DNA of 32,000 nt from the NCBI RefSeq assembly GCF_900232105.1, contig NZ_LT934425.1, positions 690,001 to 722,000 of the forward strand, given 5' to 3'. Origin of the DNA: Candidatus Kuenenia stuttgartensis. GTDB lineage: Bacteria > Planctomycetota > Brocadiia > Brocadiales > Brocadiaceae. Each line of letters begins with the position of its first letter. Within the stretch, counting starts at the first letter, position 1. Positions 7,734 through 17,368 of the stretch are shown here, in pieces. Under the pieces are notes generated by a model. That model did not search any database, was not told the DNA's origin, and saw nothing but the letters and a program-made list of their open reading frames with translations. A program made the translations under genes and the position numbers.

Positions 7734-8693
7734 ATGACAATAATTGCCGGTATTGATGAAGCGGGATACGGACCAGTGCTTGGCCCCTTGGTAATCAGTG
7801 TTGTGGCACTTGACGTACCTGACGACAAAGCTAATTGTTCATTATGGGATTTGTTAAAAGATGCTATTTCTGATGGACTTCATGGCAGAAAACAACGGCT
7901 GGCGGTATGTGACAGCAAAAAACTGTACAGCACACGAAACGGCGTTAAACCGTTGGAAGATGCGGTTCTGTCATTTTTGGGAGTAAAGGGTGTTAAAATT
8001 GCCTCTTTTTATCAGTTATTGAATTCCTTATCATGTTTCGACAGGGAAGTAATAGATGGTTATCCCTGGTACACTCAAAAAGATTATGCATTGCCTTTCG
8101 CCACAAGCGAGGCTGTTTTTGTAAATTATATTGATTTGCTGCAGCACAGCCTTGCAAAACACGGTATCAGATTTTCTCATGCGGCAAGCTGTGTTGTTGC
8201 CGTTCGCGAGTTCAATGAACAAGTGCGGTCATGCGGGAACAAATCTACTGTTTTATTCAATAATAGTATCAAACATGTGGCAAAGTTGCTGAAAGAAAGC
8301 AATGGCAATGTAGAATTGCTCATCGATAAACAGGGCGGACGAAATACGTATTCACATTTACTGCAAAAATATTTTCCGGGAAAAGAGATAAAGATTTTGG
8401 GAGAAAGCAGTGAAGTTTCTTCATATGTAATAAGCGGGAAAAAACGGAGTATAAAAATATCTTTTGCGGAAAAAGGGGAAACCGTAAGCCTTGCGGCTGC
8501 CCTTGCTTCGATATTCAGCAAATACATCAGGGAATTGTTTATGGTTTTAGAAAATCGGTATTGGCTTCAATTGCTGCCGGGCCTGAAGCCAACGGCAGGA
8601 TATTATACGGACGCACAAAGGTATTTATCGCAAATAGAACAGGTGAGACGGGAAAAAGGTATTTGCGATGACATTCTTATAAGAATAAAATAG
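7734..8693 (+). CDS. RNase HII-like protein (extended, atypical)
   Basis: GIDEAGYGPVLGPLVISVVAL, CDSKKLY, LLIDKQGGRNTY and SLAAALASIFSKYIRELFM resemble the RNase HII active-site segments. Confidence 0.75.
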   Translation: MTIIAGIDEAGYGPVLGPLVISVVALDVPDDKANCSLWDLLKDAISDGLHGRKQRLAVCDSKKLYSTRNGVKPLEDAVLSFLGVKGVKIASFYQLLNSLSCFDREVIDGYPWYTQKDYALPFATSEAVFVNYIDLLQHSLAKHGIRFSHAASCVVAVREFNEQVRSCGNKSTVLFNNSIKHVAKLLKESNGNVELLIDKQGGRNTYSHLLQKYFPGKEIKILGESSEVSSYVISGKKRSIKISFAEKGETVSLAAALASIFSKYIRELFMVLENRYWLQLLPGLKPTAGYYTDAQRYLSQIEQVRREKGICDDILIRIK

Positions 8694-8765
8694 GGCGCGT
8701 GTTTTACATTTTATCAAACGGGAAATGGCCGTTTGCAGGAACCGGGAAAGGAGTTAGAAGCAAAA

Positions 8766-9773
8766 ATGTCTGTTAACATTGCAATAGTCGGGGCTACAGG
8801 CGCAGTTGGCAAGGAATTTTTAAGCATTCTGGAAAGCAGGAAATTTCCGTTGAATGAACTGAGATTGTTGGCGTCAGGGCGCTCGGCGGGAAAAAAAATA
8901 CTGTTTTGCGGAAAAGATTACATCGTGCAGGAATTAACAAAAAATTCATTTAAAGGCATTAAGATTGCCCTTTTCAGCGCCGGCGCGGATATCAGCAAGG
9001 AATATGCGCCTTATGCCATTGAAAGCGGCGCTGTCTGTGTGGATAATTCCAGCGCGTTTCGAATGGATGATGACGTCCCTCTGGTAGTGCCGGAAGTAAA
9101 CCCATACGATATTCCGAAACATCATGGTATAATTGCGAATCCCAATTGTTCAACAATTCAAATGGTGGTTGCGTTAAAACCTATCCATGACGCCGTAAAA
9201 ATCAAAAGAGTGGTGGTCTCTACCTATCAGGCGGTATCAGGCGCGGGCCTGAAGGCGATTGATGAGCTTAAAAAGGAGGCAATGAGTATTTTAGAAGGCA
9301 AAGAGGGTTTTCAGCGAAAATTATTTCCTCATCAAATAGCATTTAACGTGCTTCCTCAAATTCCCCAGAGCAAAGCATTTTTACCCAATGGCTATACTTC
9401 GGAAGAAATGAAGATGGTGAATGAGACCCAGAAGATCATGGGAGACCATTCGATTCGGGTAACTGCGACAACGGTGCGGGTGCCGGTTATTCGCGGCCAT
9501 AGCGAGTCGGTAAATATAGAAACGGTGAAAAAAATAACGGCAGCGGAGGTGAAAAGACTCCTTTCCACGGCGCCTGGGGTTAAGGTAATCGACGACCCTG
9601 CCAATCAGCTCTATCCATTAGCCTCAGAAACGGCAGGAAGGGATGAAGTCTTTGTGGGGCGTATTCGCGAAGACATATCCATTGACAATGGCATCGATAT
9701 GTGGATTGTAAGTGATAATATTCGCAAGGGCGCCGCCCTCAACGCAATTCAGATTGCAGAGAAGTTGTTGTAA
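8766..9773 (+). CDS. asd: Aspartate-semialdehyde dehydrogenase
   Basis: MSVNIAIVGATGAVGKEFL...PNCSTIQMVVALKPIHDAVKIKRVVVSTYQAVSGAG. Start chosen at 8766, just before the Rossmann motif. Confidence 0.93.
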   Translation: MSVNIAIVGATGAVGKEFLSILESRKFPLNELRLLASGRSAGKKILFCGKDYIVQELTKNSFKGIKIALFSAGADISKEYAPYAIESGAVCVDNSSAFRMDDDVPLVVPEVNPYDIPKHHGIIANPNCSTIQMVVALKPIHDAVKIKRVVVSTYQAVSGAGLKAIDELKKEAMSILEGKEGFQRKLFPHQIAFNVLPQIPQSKAFLPNGYTSEEMKMVNETQKIMGDHSIRVTATTVRVPVIRGHSESVNIETVKKITAAEVKRLLSTAPGVKVIDDPANQLYPLASETAGRDEVFVGRIREDISIDNGIDMWIVSDNIRKGAALNAIQIAEKLL

Positions 9774-9919
9774 TGATTTTAATCTTTTGAGAAAACAGGC
9801 AAATGTCCGGAATCCCATAAGCGCCAGGTTGTTTTTGATATTTTTTACACGGAGGCCAATATCGGCAGTCGGCAATCTACAGTCAGCAATCGGCAAATTG
9901 TAGACTGTAGACTGTGGCG

Positions 9920-12900
9920 CTAATTAAATACTTCACTAACTGACCGTGGTTTACCGATGTAATTTCCCTGTGCGTAATTTACCCCTAATTTACGCAGCAA
10001 TTGCAGTGTATCCCCGGAGTCTGCAAATTCCGCAACAGTTCTTTTTTTTAAACCATGCGCCAACTCAACTATTGCCTTTACCATGTGCTGATCTACCGGA
10101 TTGTTTGGCAAGTCATTAATAAAGCTGCCGTCAATCTTTAAATAATCAACCGTTAAATGCCTGAGATAATTGAAAGAAGAAAATCCACTGCCAAAATCAT
10201 CAAGAGAAAAGCGACAATCCATATGCTTAAGCGCTGCAAGAAAGTCCTGCGCTGCAATCATATTTTCCATCATAGCTGTTTCGGTCATCTCAAAAACAAT
10301 ACTTCCCGGCTTAGTGCCACTGGTATTAAACTGATGCTTTATGATCCCTAACAATTCGGTATCGGCAAATGCCTTGCCGGAAAGATTAATATCAAGGAAT
10401 ATACCTCTGTCAGAAAATTGCTGCTCCGCAGCAAGACGGATAGCGCTACAAACGACCCAGCGGTCGATATCACGGATAAGTCCAAAACGTTCTGCAATAC
10501 TAAGAAATTCTGCGGGGAATATCAATTCATCTTTCTCGCCAAGCATGCGTAGTAATGCCTCATATCCGATAATATTTTTATTTGACAGATCAATCACGGG
10601 TTGTAAATGTAATACAAAACGGTCATTGTCCAATGCATTCCTGATCCTCTTTTCCCAGTTTATTTGGGCTTCAATATGTGTTTTTTGTTCCTGGGAAAAC
10701 ACGCAAAACCGGTTACGCCCGCTCTCTTTTGCACGATACATTGCTAAATCAGCATTAACAAGCAATGTTTCAGCATCACGTCCATGTTCGGGGAATATCA
10801 CAATGCCAATGCTAAACGTCACTTTAGAATGCTCAAAGGTATGTTCTCTGGTCAATTCAAGAATTTCGTTTGCAATTAATCCGGCTTTCTCCCTGTCAGT
10901 ATAAGGCAATAGTATGGCGAATTCATCTCCGCCAAATCTGGCAAAAATATCGGTATCACGTAAACGGGAACGAAGCATTTCTGCCAGGCGAATAAGAAGT
11001 TCGTCTCCAGCCTGGTGTCCGAGGGTATCGTTTACGTATTTAAAATTATCAAGATCGAGAAACAGGAGCGCCCCGGTTGCCCCATACCGTAAGGTCTGGG
11101 CAATCCAATACTGCAATTCCTCCTGAAAACGCCTGCGATTAAAGAGATTTGTCAGGGGATCCCGGGTTGCCATGTTCAAAAGTTGGGTCTCGAATTTCTT
11201 ATGTTCTGTAATATCTTCTTTAATCGCAAGATAATTGGTCACATGACCCTTGTGATTTCTTATGGGGGAAATATGCACGTGTTCCCAGTACAATTCTCCC
11301 GTCTTCTTTTTATTCAACAGCTCGCCTTGCCATTCCTTACCCGAAATAATGGTATTCCATAAATTCCTGTATGTTTCATTTGATGTTTTCCCCGATTTTA
11401 ACATCCGCGGGGTTCGCCCAATAATTTCATCCCCGGTATATCCTGTTAGTTCGGCAAGCTTTGGGTTAACGTATTCAATAATCCCCTCCTTGTCGGTAAT
11501 AAGAATTGATGCCGGACTTTGTTCTACTACCTGTGACAATTTGCGAATCCTTTCGTCCGCTCTTTTCCGCTCAATCAAACGCCCGAGCTGTAGGGCAAGA
11601 TTATCCACTACTTCAAAGAATATTGCCTGTGGTTTTTCTTCTTTTCGTGAGAAAAACTCAAATATATACAGTATCTTATCACCTTCTTTTATGGGAAACG
11701 CAAATGCTCCCCGTACTCCAATAGCAGCACTTTTTACAATGGCGTGTTGCGCTCTGATACAATTACTATCTTTGGTAACATCCGGAATCCATTCCATTTT
11801 CCTGCTGCTAAAGACCTTCCCCGGCAAATCTTCTCCTGGTTTTAAAATAGTATTCTCACCTATCTTTCTCAACAGACTGAACTCTTTGGTGTTTTCAAAA
11901 TACCATAGCCTTGTAGATTCCAGCCTTATTGCACCATTTACCGTATATATTACCTTACAAATATGACCGACGGGCCATCCTAAATATCTGCACATTTTTT
12001 TAAGATATAATCTCATAGTACTGTCAACGGTCAACAAATCATGCGCAGTATCAAACACTTCGTTAATTAATTGCAGGATGGCCTGTTTTTTTCTTTTCTC
12101 ATCGTCTTTTTTTCTCCGTTCACTAATATCGCGAAAAATAGCAATGATATGTATTTGTCTCCCTATTTGTAGTGTTGAAAATGAAGCCTCCAGAGGGAAT
12201 TCACTCTTGTTTTTTTTAACGCCTGTAATCTCAATTGTTTCATTAATAATGCACCCCGCTTTAATATTGTTAAAAAAACGCATCTCTGGTTCTGTGTGTT
12301 CTGCGCCGCCGATAACGTTGAGGATATTTTTCCCTTTCATTTCTTCTTCCGAATATCCAAATATTTTTTCGGCAGCAGGATTCCAATGCGTAATATGCCC
12401 GTTCTCATTTAATACAACAATTCCATCATTTATCACGGACGCTAAATTTGCAAATTTTAGCTCATTTTCCTCTAGTCCGATGTTTTCACCCTCAGAATCT
12501 AACAACTGCCTTTCAAGTTTCCTGATTAAATATTCGTTATAATTCCGGCAAAATTCCGTTTCATCTTTTCCGGAAAATGCACTGATAGGGTGTGGAAGAT
12601 ATTTTTTATACCCGTTCAATGTGCTCATCACGGCATCAATAAAAATATCAGCAGGCATCGGTTTCACTAATAATCTATCCGCCCCTAAACTCATGGCATA
12701 TTCCCTGGCCCTTCTCCCGGTAAATGCCGTAGTGTAAAAGATAAAAGGGATATTTCTCAAATATTTATTTGTTTTACATTTCCGGCAGAATTGAAAACCA
12801 TCCATATGTGGCATAAGAATATCACAAATTATTAAATCAAACCTGTTATTTTGCAACGTCTCAAATGCCGTCAATCCATTTGTAGCAGAAGTGACTTCTC

Positions 12901-13129
12901 CGCCGTGCTTTTCCAGCATACGTTCCAGAAAGCGCAAGTCATCTTCTGAATAATTAGCGATAAGTATCTTCATGGTAGTATCGGTTTTTAAATAATGTGC
13001 CTTTGCAGCTTCAGGTTTACAACGCAAACCCATACAGTTTATACGGGTAATTGCGCCATATATCTCCTCTTTATCAAAAGTAAGGGCGAAACATTTGCTG
13101 CAAATTGGCATAAATGCGTTCATGCCCAA
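9920..13129 (-). CDS. REC-PAS-GAF-PAS-GGDEF-EAL signalling protein (possible diguanylate cyclase/phosphodiesterase hybrid)
   Basis: REC domain (MKILIANYSEDDL...LIICDILMPHMDGFQFC), PAS, GAF-like and PAS segments, FARFGGDEFAILLP, YEALLR, and LDDFGSGFSSFNYLRHLTVDYLKID. The translation matches the reverse complement. The start could be TTG 13129 or ATG 12973. Confidence 0.9.
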   Translation of the reverse strand: MGMNAFMPICSKCFALTFDKEEIYGAITRINCMGLRCKPEAAKAHYLKTDTTMKILIANYSEDDLRFLERMLEKHGGEVTSATNGLTAFETLQNNRFDLIICDILMPHMDGFQFCRKCKTNKYLRNIPFIFYTTAFTGRRAREYAMSLGADRLLVKPMPADIFIDAVMSTLNGYKKYLPHPISAFSGKDETEFCRNYNEYLIRKLERQLLDSEGENIGLEENELKFANLASVINDGIVVLNENGHITHWNPAAEKIFGYSEEEMKGKNILNVIGGAEHTEPEMRFFNNIKAGCIINETIEITGVKKNKSEFPLEASFSTLQIGRQIHIIAIFRDISERRKKDDEKRKKQAILQLINEVFDTAHDLLTVDSTMRLYLKKMCRYLGWPVGHICKVIYTVNGAIRLESTRLWYFENTKEFSLLRKIGENTILKPGEDLPGKVFSSRKMEWIPDVTKDSNCIRAQHAIVKSAAIGVRGAFAFPIKEGDKILYIFEFFSRKEEKPQAIFFEVVDNLALQLGRLIERKRADERIRKLSQVVEQSPASILITDKEGIIEYVNPKLAELTGYTGDEIIGRTPRMLKSGKTSNETYRNLWNTIISGKEWQGELLNKKKTGELYWEHVHISPIRNHKGHVTNYLAIKEDITEHKKFETQLLNMATRDPLTNLFNRRRFQEELQYWIAQTLRYGATGALLFLDLDNFKYVNDTLGHQAGDELLIRLAEMLRSRLRDTDIFARFGGDEFAILLPYTDREKAGLIANEILELTREHTFEHSKVTFSIGIVIFPEHGRDAETLLVNADLAMYRAKESGRNRFCVFSQEQKTHIEAQINWEKRIRNALDNDRFVLHLQPVIDLSNKNIIGYEALLRMLGEKDELIFPAEFLSIAERFGLIRDIDRWVVCSAIRLAAEQQFSDRGIFLDINLSGKAFADTELLGIIKHQFNTSGTKPGSIVFEMTETAMMENMIAAQDFLAALKHMDCRFSLDDFGSGFSSFNYLRHLTVDYLKIDGSFINDLPNNPVDQHMVKAIVELAHGLKKRTVAEFADSGDTLQLLRKLGVNYAQGNYIGKPRSVSEVFN

Positions 13130-13225
13130 ACTGGCAAATGCTTCGCCCCTACACTATGCGGCAGACACCGGTATTATTGGAATTTCTCTAAAAACTAAAT
13201 TGTTATCAAAAAATTATCCCCGTTT

Positions 13226-13456
13226 TTAAAAAAGCGTCTTGTTCCCGATGTGGCACTTTTTCTTTCTTAGCCGGCGCACAATGACAAGTACCATCCCCAC
13301 AATGAGAAAATACAAACATTTTGCAATATCCGATTGAACAAATCCCCCTCCGCCATTTTCATATCCGGCATATACAACACCTCCACATGCAAATAAAACC
13401 AAAATTACTATCACCACAGTAGATTTTAATTGTATAAGAAGCTTTTTCTTTTCCAT
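13226..13456 (-). CDS. Small exported/membrane protein
   Basis: 76-aa ORF with an N-terminal hydrophobic signal and a second TM segment. Confidence 0.5.
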   Translation of the reverse strand: MEKKKLLIQLKSTVVIVILVLFACGGVVYAGYENGGGGFVQSDIAKCLYFLIVGMVLVIVRRLRKKKCHIGNKTLF

Positions 13457-13565
13457 AATTATCTAGTCCTTTCCCTGGCATAAAAACCTATAATTAATCT
13501 TGTGAACAATTCCATACATCAGCCTTCTTCATATACTTACGGACGAGAAGATATGTGCCTTCATT

Positions 13566-13817
13566 TTATTCTTGAATCCATTTCACCATTGTCAGGACAG
13601 GCTTGCTTTCTTCATGTGAGTCCACAACCGGAATACGAACAACAATAGCAAAACCCTGTTGTGGTGCTTTCGCCCTAGTCCTGATTTTCATTCCCTTACG
13701 GCTCACATCTATAATTTCAGTCTCATGAAGCAATGTCCTTGAATAATCACGGACTTTTACCAGCCATGACAAATAACTACGCTTACTTTTCCGCTTTTCT
13801 AATGTTTTGCACTTCAT
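13566..13817 (-). CDS. Short PilZ-like domain protein
   Basis: KRKSKRSYLSWLVKVRDYS...ETEIIDVSRKGMKIRTRAKAPQQGFAIVVRIPV. Confidence 0.6.
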   Translation of the reverse strand: MKCKTLEKRKSKRSYLSWLVKVRDYSRTLLHETEIIDVSRKGMKIRTRAKAPQQGFAIVVRIPVVDSHEESKPVLTMVKWIQE

Positions 13818-14286
13818 ACGGTTAATTTATACAATTTTGAAGTTATGTAAATACCCTAAAAAGAGTACATCCCTACGGATACGCCCATAAGTATGTGTAA
13901 GGCAGAAGGCGGAAAAAAATTGCCATAAACAACCTACATTTTATAGACTTATTTCAACAAGTAAATACCCTAAAAAGGATATACCCTTTTGGGTCTATAG
14001 ATAGCATTTGAAGTAATGGTGTAAATGCTATTTAATTCACTCCCTTACCCTTTAGTAGTTGTTTAAATGAGAAATAGATTGTATTATTTATCTGTTCTGA
14101 AATGATAAAACATTGCTTAAACACAGAGTCACAACTGGGAATGAAAATGACGTTTCGACCACTGGTGAGATTACAGATTTAATGTAGAGACACATGCAAC
14201 CGGAACCAAACAAGCAAAAAATAGAAAATACGAAATTCCAAAGTACGAAATGCGAGAACGGAAATTTATTTTAGGACGAAAAACAA

Positions 14287-15144
14287 ATGACCGGAAAAAA
14301 TAACCAATTGTTAGAACCATCAAAATATCCTCACCCTCATACCCGTACAAAATCATGGCATCGGATGGTTGCAAATTTCTGCATTTTTTTTCTGGTAATA
14401 TCCTTAGTCATGCTTTATTTCAGCTATACCGGCAAGCCGCAAGCCGGCCTTTTAGAAATAGGTATTTCCGCTTTTCTTTTTTGCATATTGTTCCATCTCG
14501 TCATGAAGTTCTTCCCGCTAATATCTAAGATTATTACCTCACTGCTAATAATTGGATTTGCCGTCTCGCTAGTCTGTATAAACTATCATTTTTTAAAGGT
14601 GGAAAAAAAGGATGCGTCCATTGAGGAACTATTGGTGGGTGATTTATTTGTAAATAAAATCATGAAAACATTCAGGAAAGAACCTGTCTCGCCCGCGTTA
14701 AAAGGCGGAGTACCAGAACAAATTTTTGCACAAACGGATAGCGTCCCATTAGCAATACCATCCCTTGATCAACTAAAAATGACATTATCCAATCCGATAT
14801 CCTCGAAGTTTACATCAAAATACAGCGTTGCTCTTTCGCCCGCTATGAAAGAAGGAACACTATTTTTAAAGGCATCATATAAGGGAGATATTGACAGCAA
14901 ATACATTCTGCCAGGCATTTCCGGCATTCTTGCCGCTACAACAGAAAGCGGCCCCCCTATGTATGAACCTATTGACAAAGGTGATTTCGTCTCTTTCTCT
15001 CTTTCTGCATGTAATAAGGAAAAACTCCTTACTGCATCAGATATGCGTATCATTCAACTGCCAATATCTATAGGCGTCGGCGCAGCAACTCATGAAATAA
15101 AACTATGCAACCCTATAAGAGAAAACCGTGTGCCAATCGATTAA
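14287..15144 (+). CDS. Hypothetical membrane-anchored protein
   Basis: 285-aa ORF with three N-terminal hydrophobic segments and a soluble C-terminal region. Confidence 0.65.
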   Translation: MTGKNNQLLEPSKYPHPHTRTKSWHRMVANFCIFFLVISLVMLYFSYTGKPQAGLLEIGISAFLFCILFHLVMKFFPLISKIITSLLIIGFAVSLVCINYHFLKVEKKDASIEELLVGDLFVNKIMKTFRKEPVSPALKGGVPEQIFAQTDSVPLAIPSLDQLKMTLSNPISSKFTSKYSVALSPAMKEGTLFLKASYKGDIDSKYILPGISGILAATTESGPPMYEPIDKGDFVSFSLSACNKEKLLTASDMRIIQLPISIGVGAATHEIKLCNPIRENRVPID

Positions 15145-15170
15145 ATTATACATACAGAAAGGAACAAGCC

Positions 15171-15875
15171 ATGAAAACAACTATTATTACAATTATTATT
15201 GTTTTTGCTTTAACAACAATCAGTTATTGCCAGAACAAAGAACAGGAAGACCCTACAGATGCTTCCATCAATGCCTTTAAACAGGCAATTGCAGCAAATC
15301 CGGAATTTGTTGAGGCGCATTATAACCTTGGAGTGCTTTATGATGAAAAGGGCATGACCGAAGAAGCTATTGGTGCGTATATTAAAACAATCGAAACAGA
15401 TGCGAATTTTGTGAAGGCGTATAATAATCTTAGTGTAATTTATTACAAACTGAAGCAGACGGACAAGGCGATTGAAACCATAAAAAAGGCCATTGCCATA
15501 TCGCCAAAGTATTCAGAAGCGCTCTATAACCTTGGAATTTATTATTATGAGAAAACACAATACAATGAAGCGATAAAGGCTTTTAAAGATGCCGTAAAAC
15601 GAAACACAAGGTTTGACATGGGCTTTTATAATTTAGGAGTCGCTTACGCGGCTATTGATGCCACAGATGAATCTATTGCCGCATTTAAACGGGTGATAGA
15701 ACTGAATCCTAAATACCCTGACGCATACTATAATCTGGGTGTTGCTTATTCAAAGAAGAATCAGTTTGATGAGGCAATTCAACTGCTTAAAAAAGCTTTG
15801 GAAATCAACCCGAAAGACTCGAAGACGCATTTTGCCCTGGGAATCATTTATACGGTCAAAGATAAGGCAAAATAA
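15171..15875 (+). CDS. TPR-repeat protein
   Basis: Signal peptide-like N-terminus, then repeated TPR units (FVEAHYNLGVLYDEKGMTEEAIGAYIK...). AGGAA RBS upstream of ATG 15171. Confidence 0.88.
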   Translation: MKTTIITIIIVFALTTISYCQNKEQEDPTDASINAFKQAIAANPEFVEAHYNLGVLYDEKGMTEEAIGAYIKTIETDANFVKAYNNLSVIYYKLKQTDKAIETIKKAIAISPKYSEALYNLGIYYYEKTQYNEAIKAFKDAVKRNTRFDMGFYNLGVAYAAIDATDESIAAFKRVIELNPKYPDAYYNLGVAYSKKNQFDEAIQLLKKALEINPKDSKTHFALGIIYTVKDKAK

Positions 15876-15926
15876 TCTTTTGCGGCATGAATAGTAAGAA
15901 TACCGTACCACAATGGCGGGCCTACA

Positions 15927-17270
15927 TCAGGTGCATTTTGTGAATTCATTCACCAGGTGGTCAATAGATTCTTTCGTTTTTGTCTCTGTTACACACAGAA
16001 GCATACAATTCACCATTCCCGGATAGTATTGAGAAATATCTATTCCACAATGAATGCCTTTTTCCTGCATACGCCTGATAATTGAAGCAATGCGAAAGTC
16101 GTTCTTCGCCTTTAAAACAAATTCATTAAAAAAAGGGTTGTGAAAAACAGGTTCAAAAATATCCAGATTACAGAGTCGTTCAAATGCATAATGGCTTTTC
16201 TGAATATTCAAATTACCAATTTCAGCGATCCCCTTTTTCCCCAGCGCACAAAGGTAAATACATGCCCGAAGGGCAAGCAGCGCCTGATTTGTACAAATGT
16301 TAGAGGTCGCCTTTTCCCGCCGGATATGTTGTTCTCTTGGCTGCAACGTCAGCACAATACACCGTCTCCCGGCCTTATCAACAGTCTCTCCGGCTATCCT
16401 CCCAGGCATTTTTCTCAGTAGCTCATTTTTTACAGTAAAAAATCCCAGGTAAGGCCCTCCGTAATTTAAATAGTTCCCCAAAACCTGCCCCTCTCCTACG
16501 GCAATATCGGCATTGTATTCTCCGGGAGGCATAAGAATGCCTAGAGATATGGGATTTACGCATGCAACAAAAAGTGCGTCATGTTTATGCGCTATTGCAG
16601 AAATCTCCTGCATATCTTCAACGCACCCAAAAAAATTCGGGCTTTGTACCAATACGGCGGCGGTATTATCTGCCAGCGATGCCTCTAATTGATGCATATC
16701 GGTCGTTCCTTCAGGACAATTGATTTCAACAATTTCTGTGTTAAAACCTTTTAAATAGGTTTTCATTACCTGACGATATTCAGGGTGAATCGCACTGGAA
16801 CAAACAATTTTATTTTTTTCCTTATGCCGTATAGAAAGCAATGCCGCCTCCGCCAATGCGGTTGAGCCGTCATACATAGATGCGTTTGCTACGTCCATTG
16901 CGGTCAATTCGCACATGAGGGTCTGAAATTCATACATCACCTGAAGCGTGCCCTGGCTGACTTCCGGTTGGTAAGGCGTGTAGCAGGTATAAAATTCACT
17001 ACGTGACGCCAGATGGTTAACAACAGAAGGAATAAAATGGTCATAGGCGCCTGCGCCTAAAAACGAAGAATAATCATCCGTTGTTTTATTCTTTTTGCTT
17101 AATTTTTTTATGGCATGCAGCACCTCCGGTTCTGATAAACCGGGTGGGAGTGACAGGGAAAAGTTTCTTAATGCTTCGGGGATTTCACCAAGAAGTGCAT
17201 CCAGGGAGGATATGCCCATATCTTCAAGCATCTTTTTTTTATCGGATTCTGTATTTGAAATATAATCCAT
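15927..17270 (-). CDS. gcvPA: Glycine dehydrogenase (decarboxylating) subunit 1
   Basis: MDYISNTESDKKKMLEDMGISSLDALLGEIPEALR...FLGAGAYDHFIPSVVNHLASRSEFYTCYTPYQPEVSQGTLQVMYEFQT. Confidence 0.9.
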   Translation of the reverse strand: MDYISNTESDKKKMLEDMGISSLDALLGEIPEALRNFSLSLPPGLSEPEVLHAIKKLSKKNKTTDDYSSFLGAGAYDHFIPSVVNHLASRSEFYTCYTPYQPEVSQGTLQVMYEFQTLMCELTAMDVANASMYDGSTALAEAALLSIRHKEKNKIVCSSAIHPEYRQVMKTYLKGFNTEIVEINCPEGTTDMHQLEASLADNTAAVLVQSPNFFGCVEDMQEISAIAHKHDALFVACVNPISLGILMPPGEYNADIAVGEGQVLGNYLNYGGPYLGFFTVKNELLRKMPGRIAGETVDKAGRRCIVLTLQPREQHIRREKATSNICTNQALLALRACIYLCALGKKGIAEIGNLNIQKSHYAFERLCNLDIFEPVFHNPFFNEFVLKAKNDFRIASIIRRMQEKGIHCGIDISQYYPGMVNCMLLCVTETKTKESIDHLVNEFTKCT

Positions 17271-17368
17271 ACATACTGCCTCAACAAACAAAAATGACCG
17301 ATTCGGCCGTTTGTTTCACATTGAAATATAACCGGACGGAATGGTATTTTCTCTGCCACAAAAAATAA

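Noticed and set aside
10157-12542. Multiple plus-strand ORFs antisense to the GGDEF/EAL gene
   Set aside because: All lie opposite a clearly coding 1069-aa frame; shadow ORFs.
9920-13129. The track's plus-strand assignment of the 1069-aa ORF
   Set aside because: The C-terminal residues (QGNYIGKPRSVSEVFN*) and the N-terminus (NAFMPICSKCF) read only from the reverse complement, so I report it on the minus strand.
15927-17270. gcvPA without gcvPB/gcvT/gcvH as a notable novelty
   Set aside because: Separated glycine-cleavage genes occur in several lineages, and the partner genes may lie outside the window.
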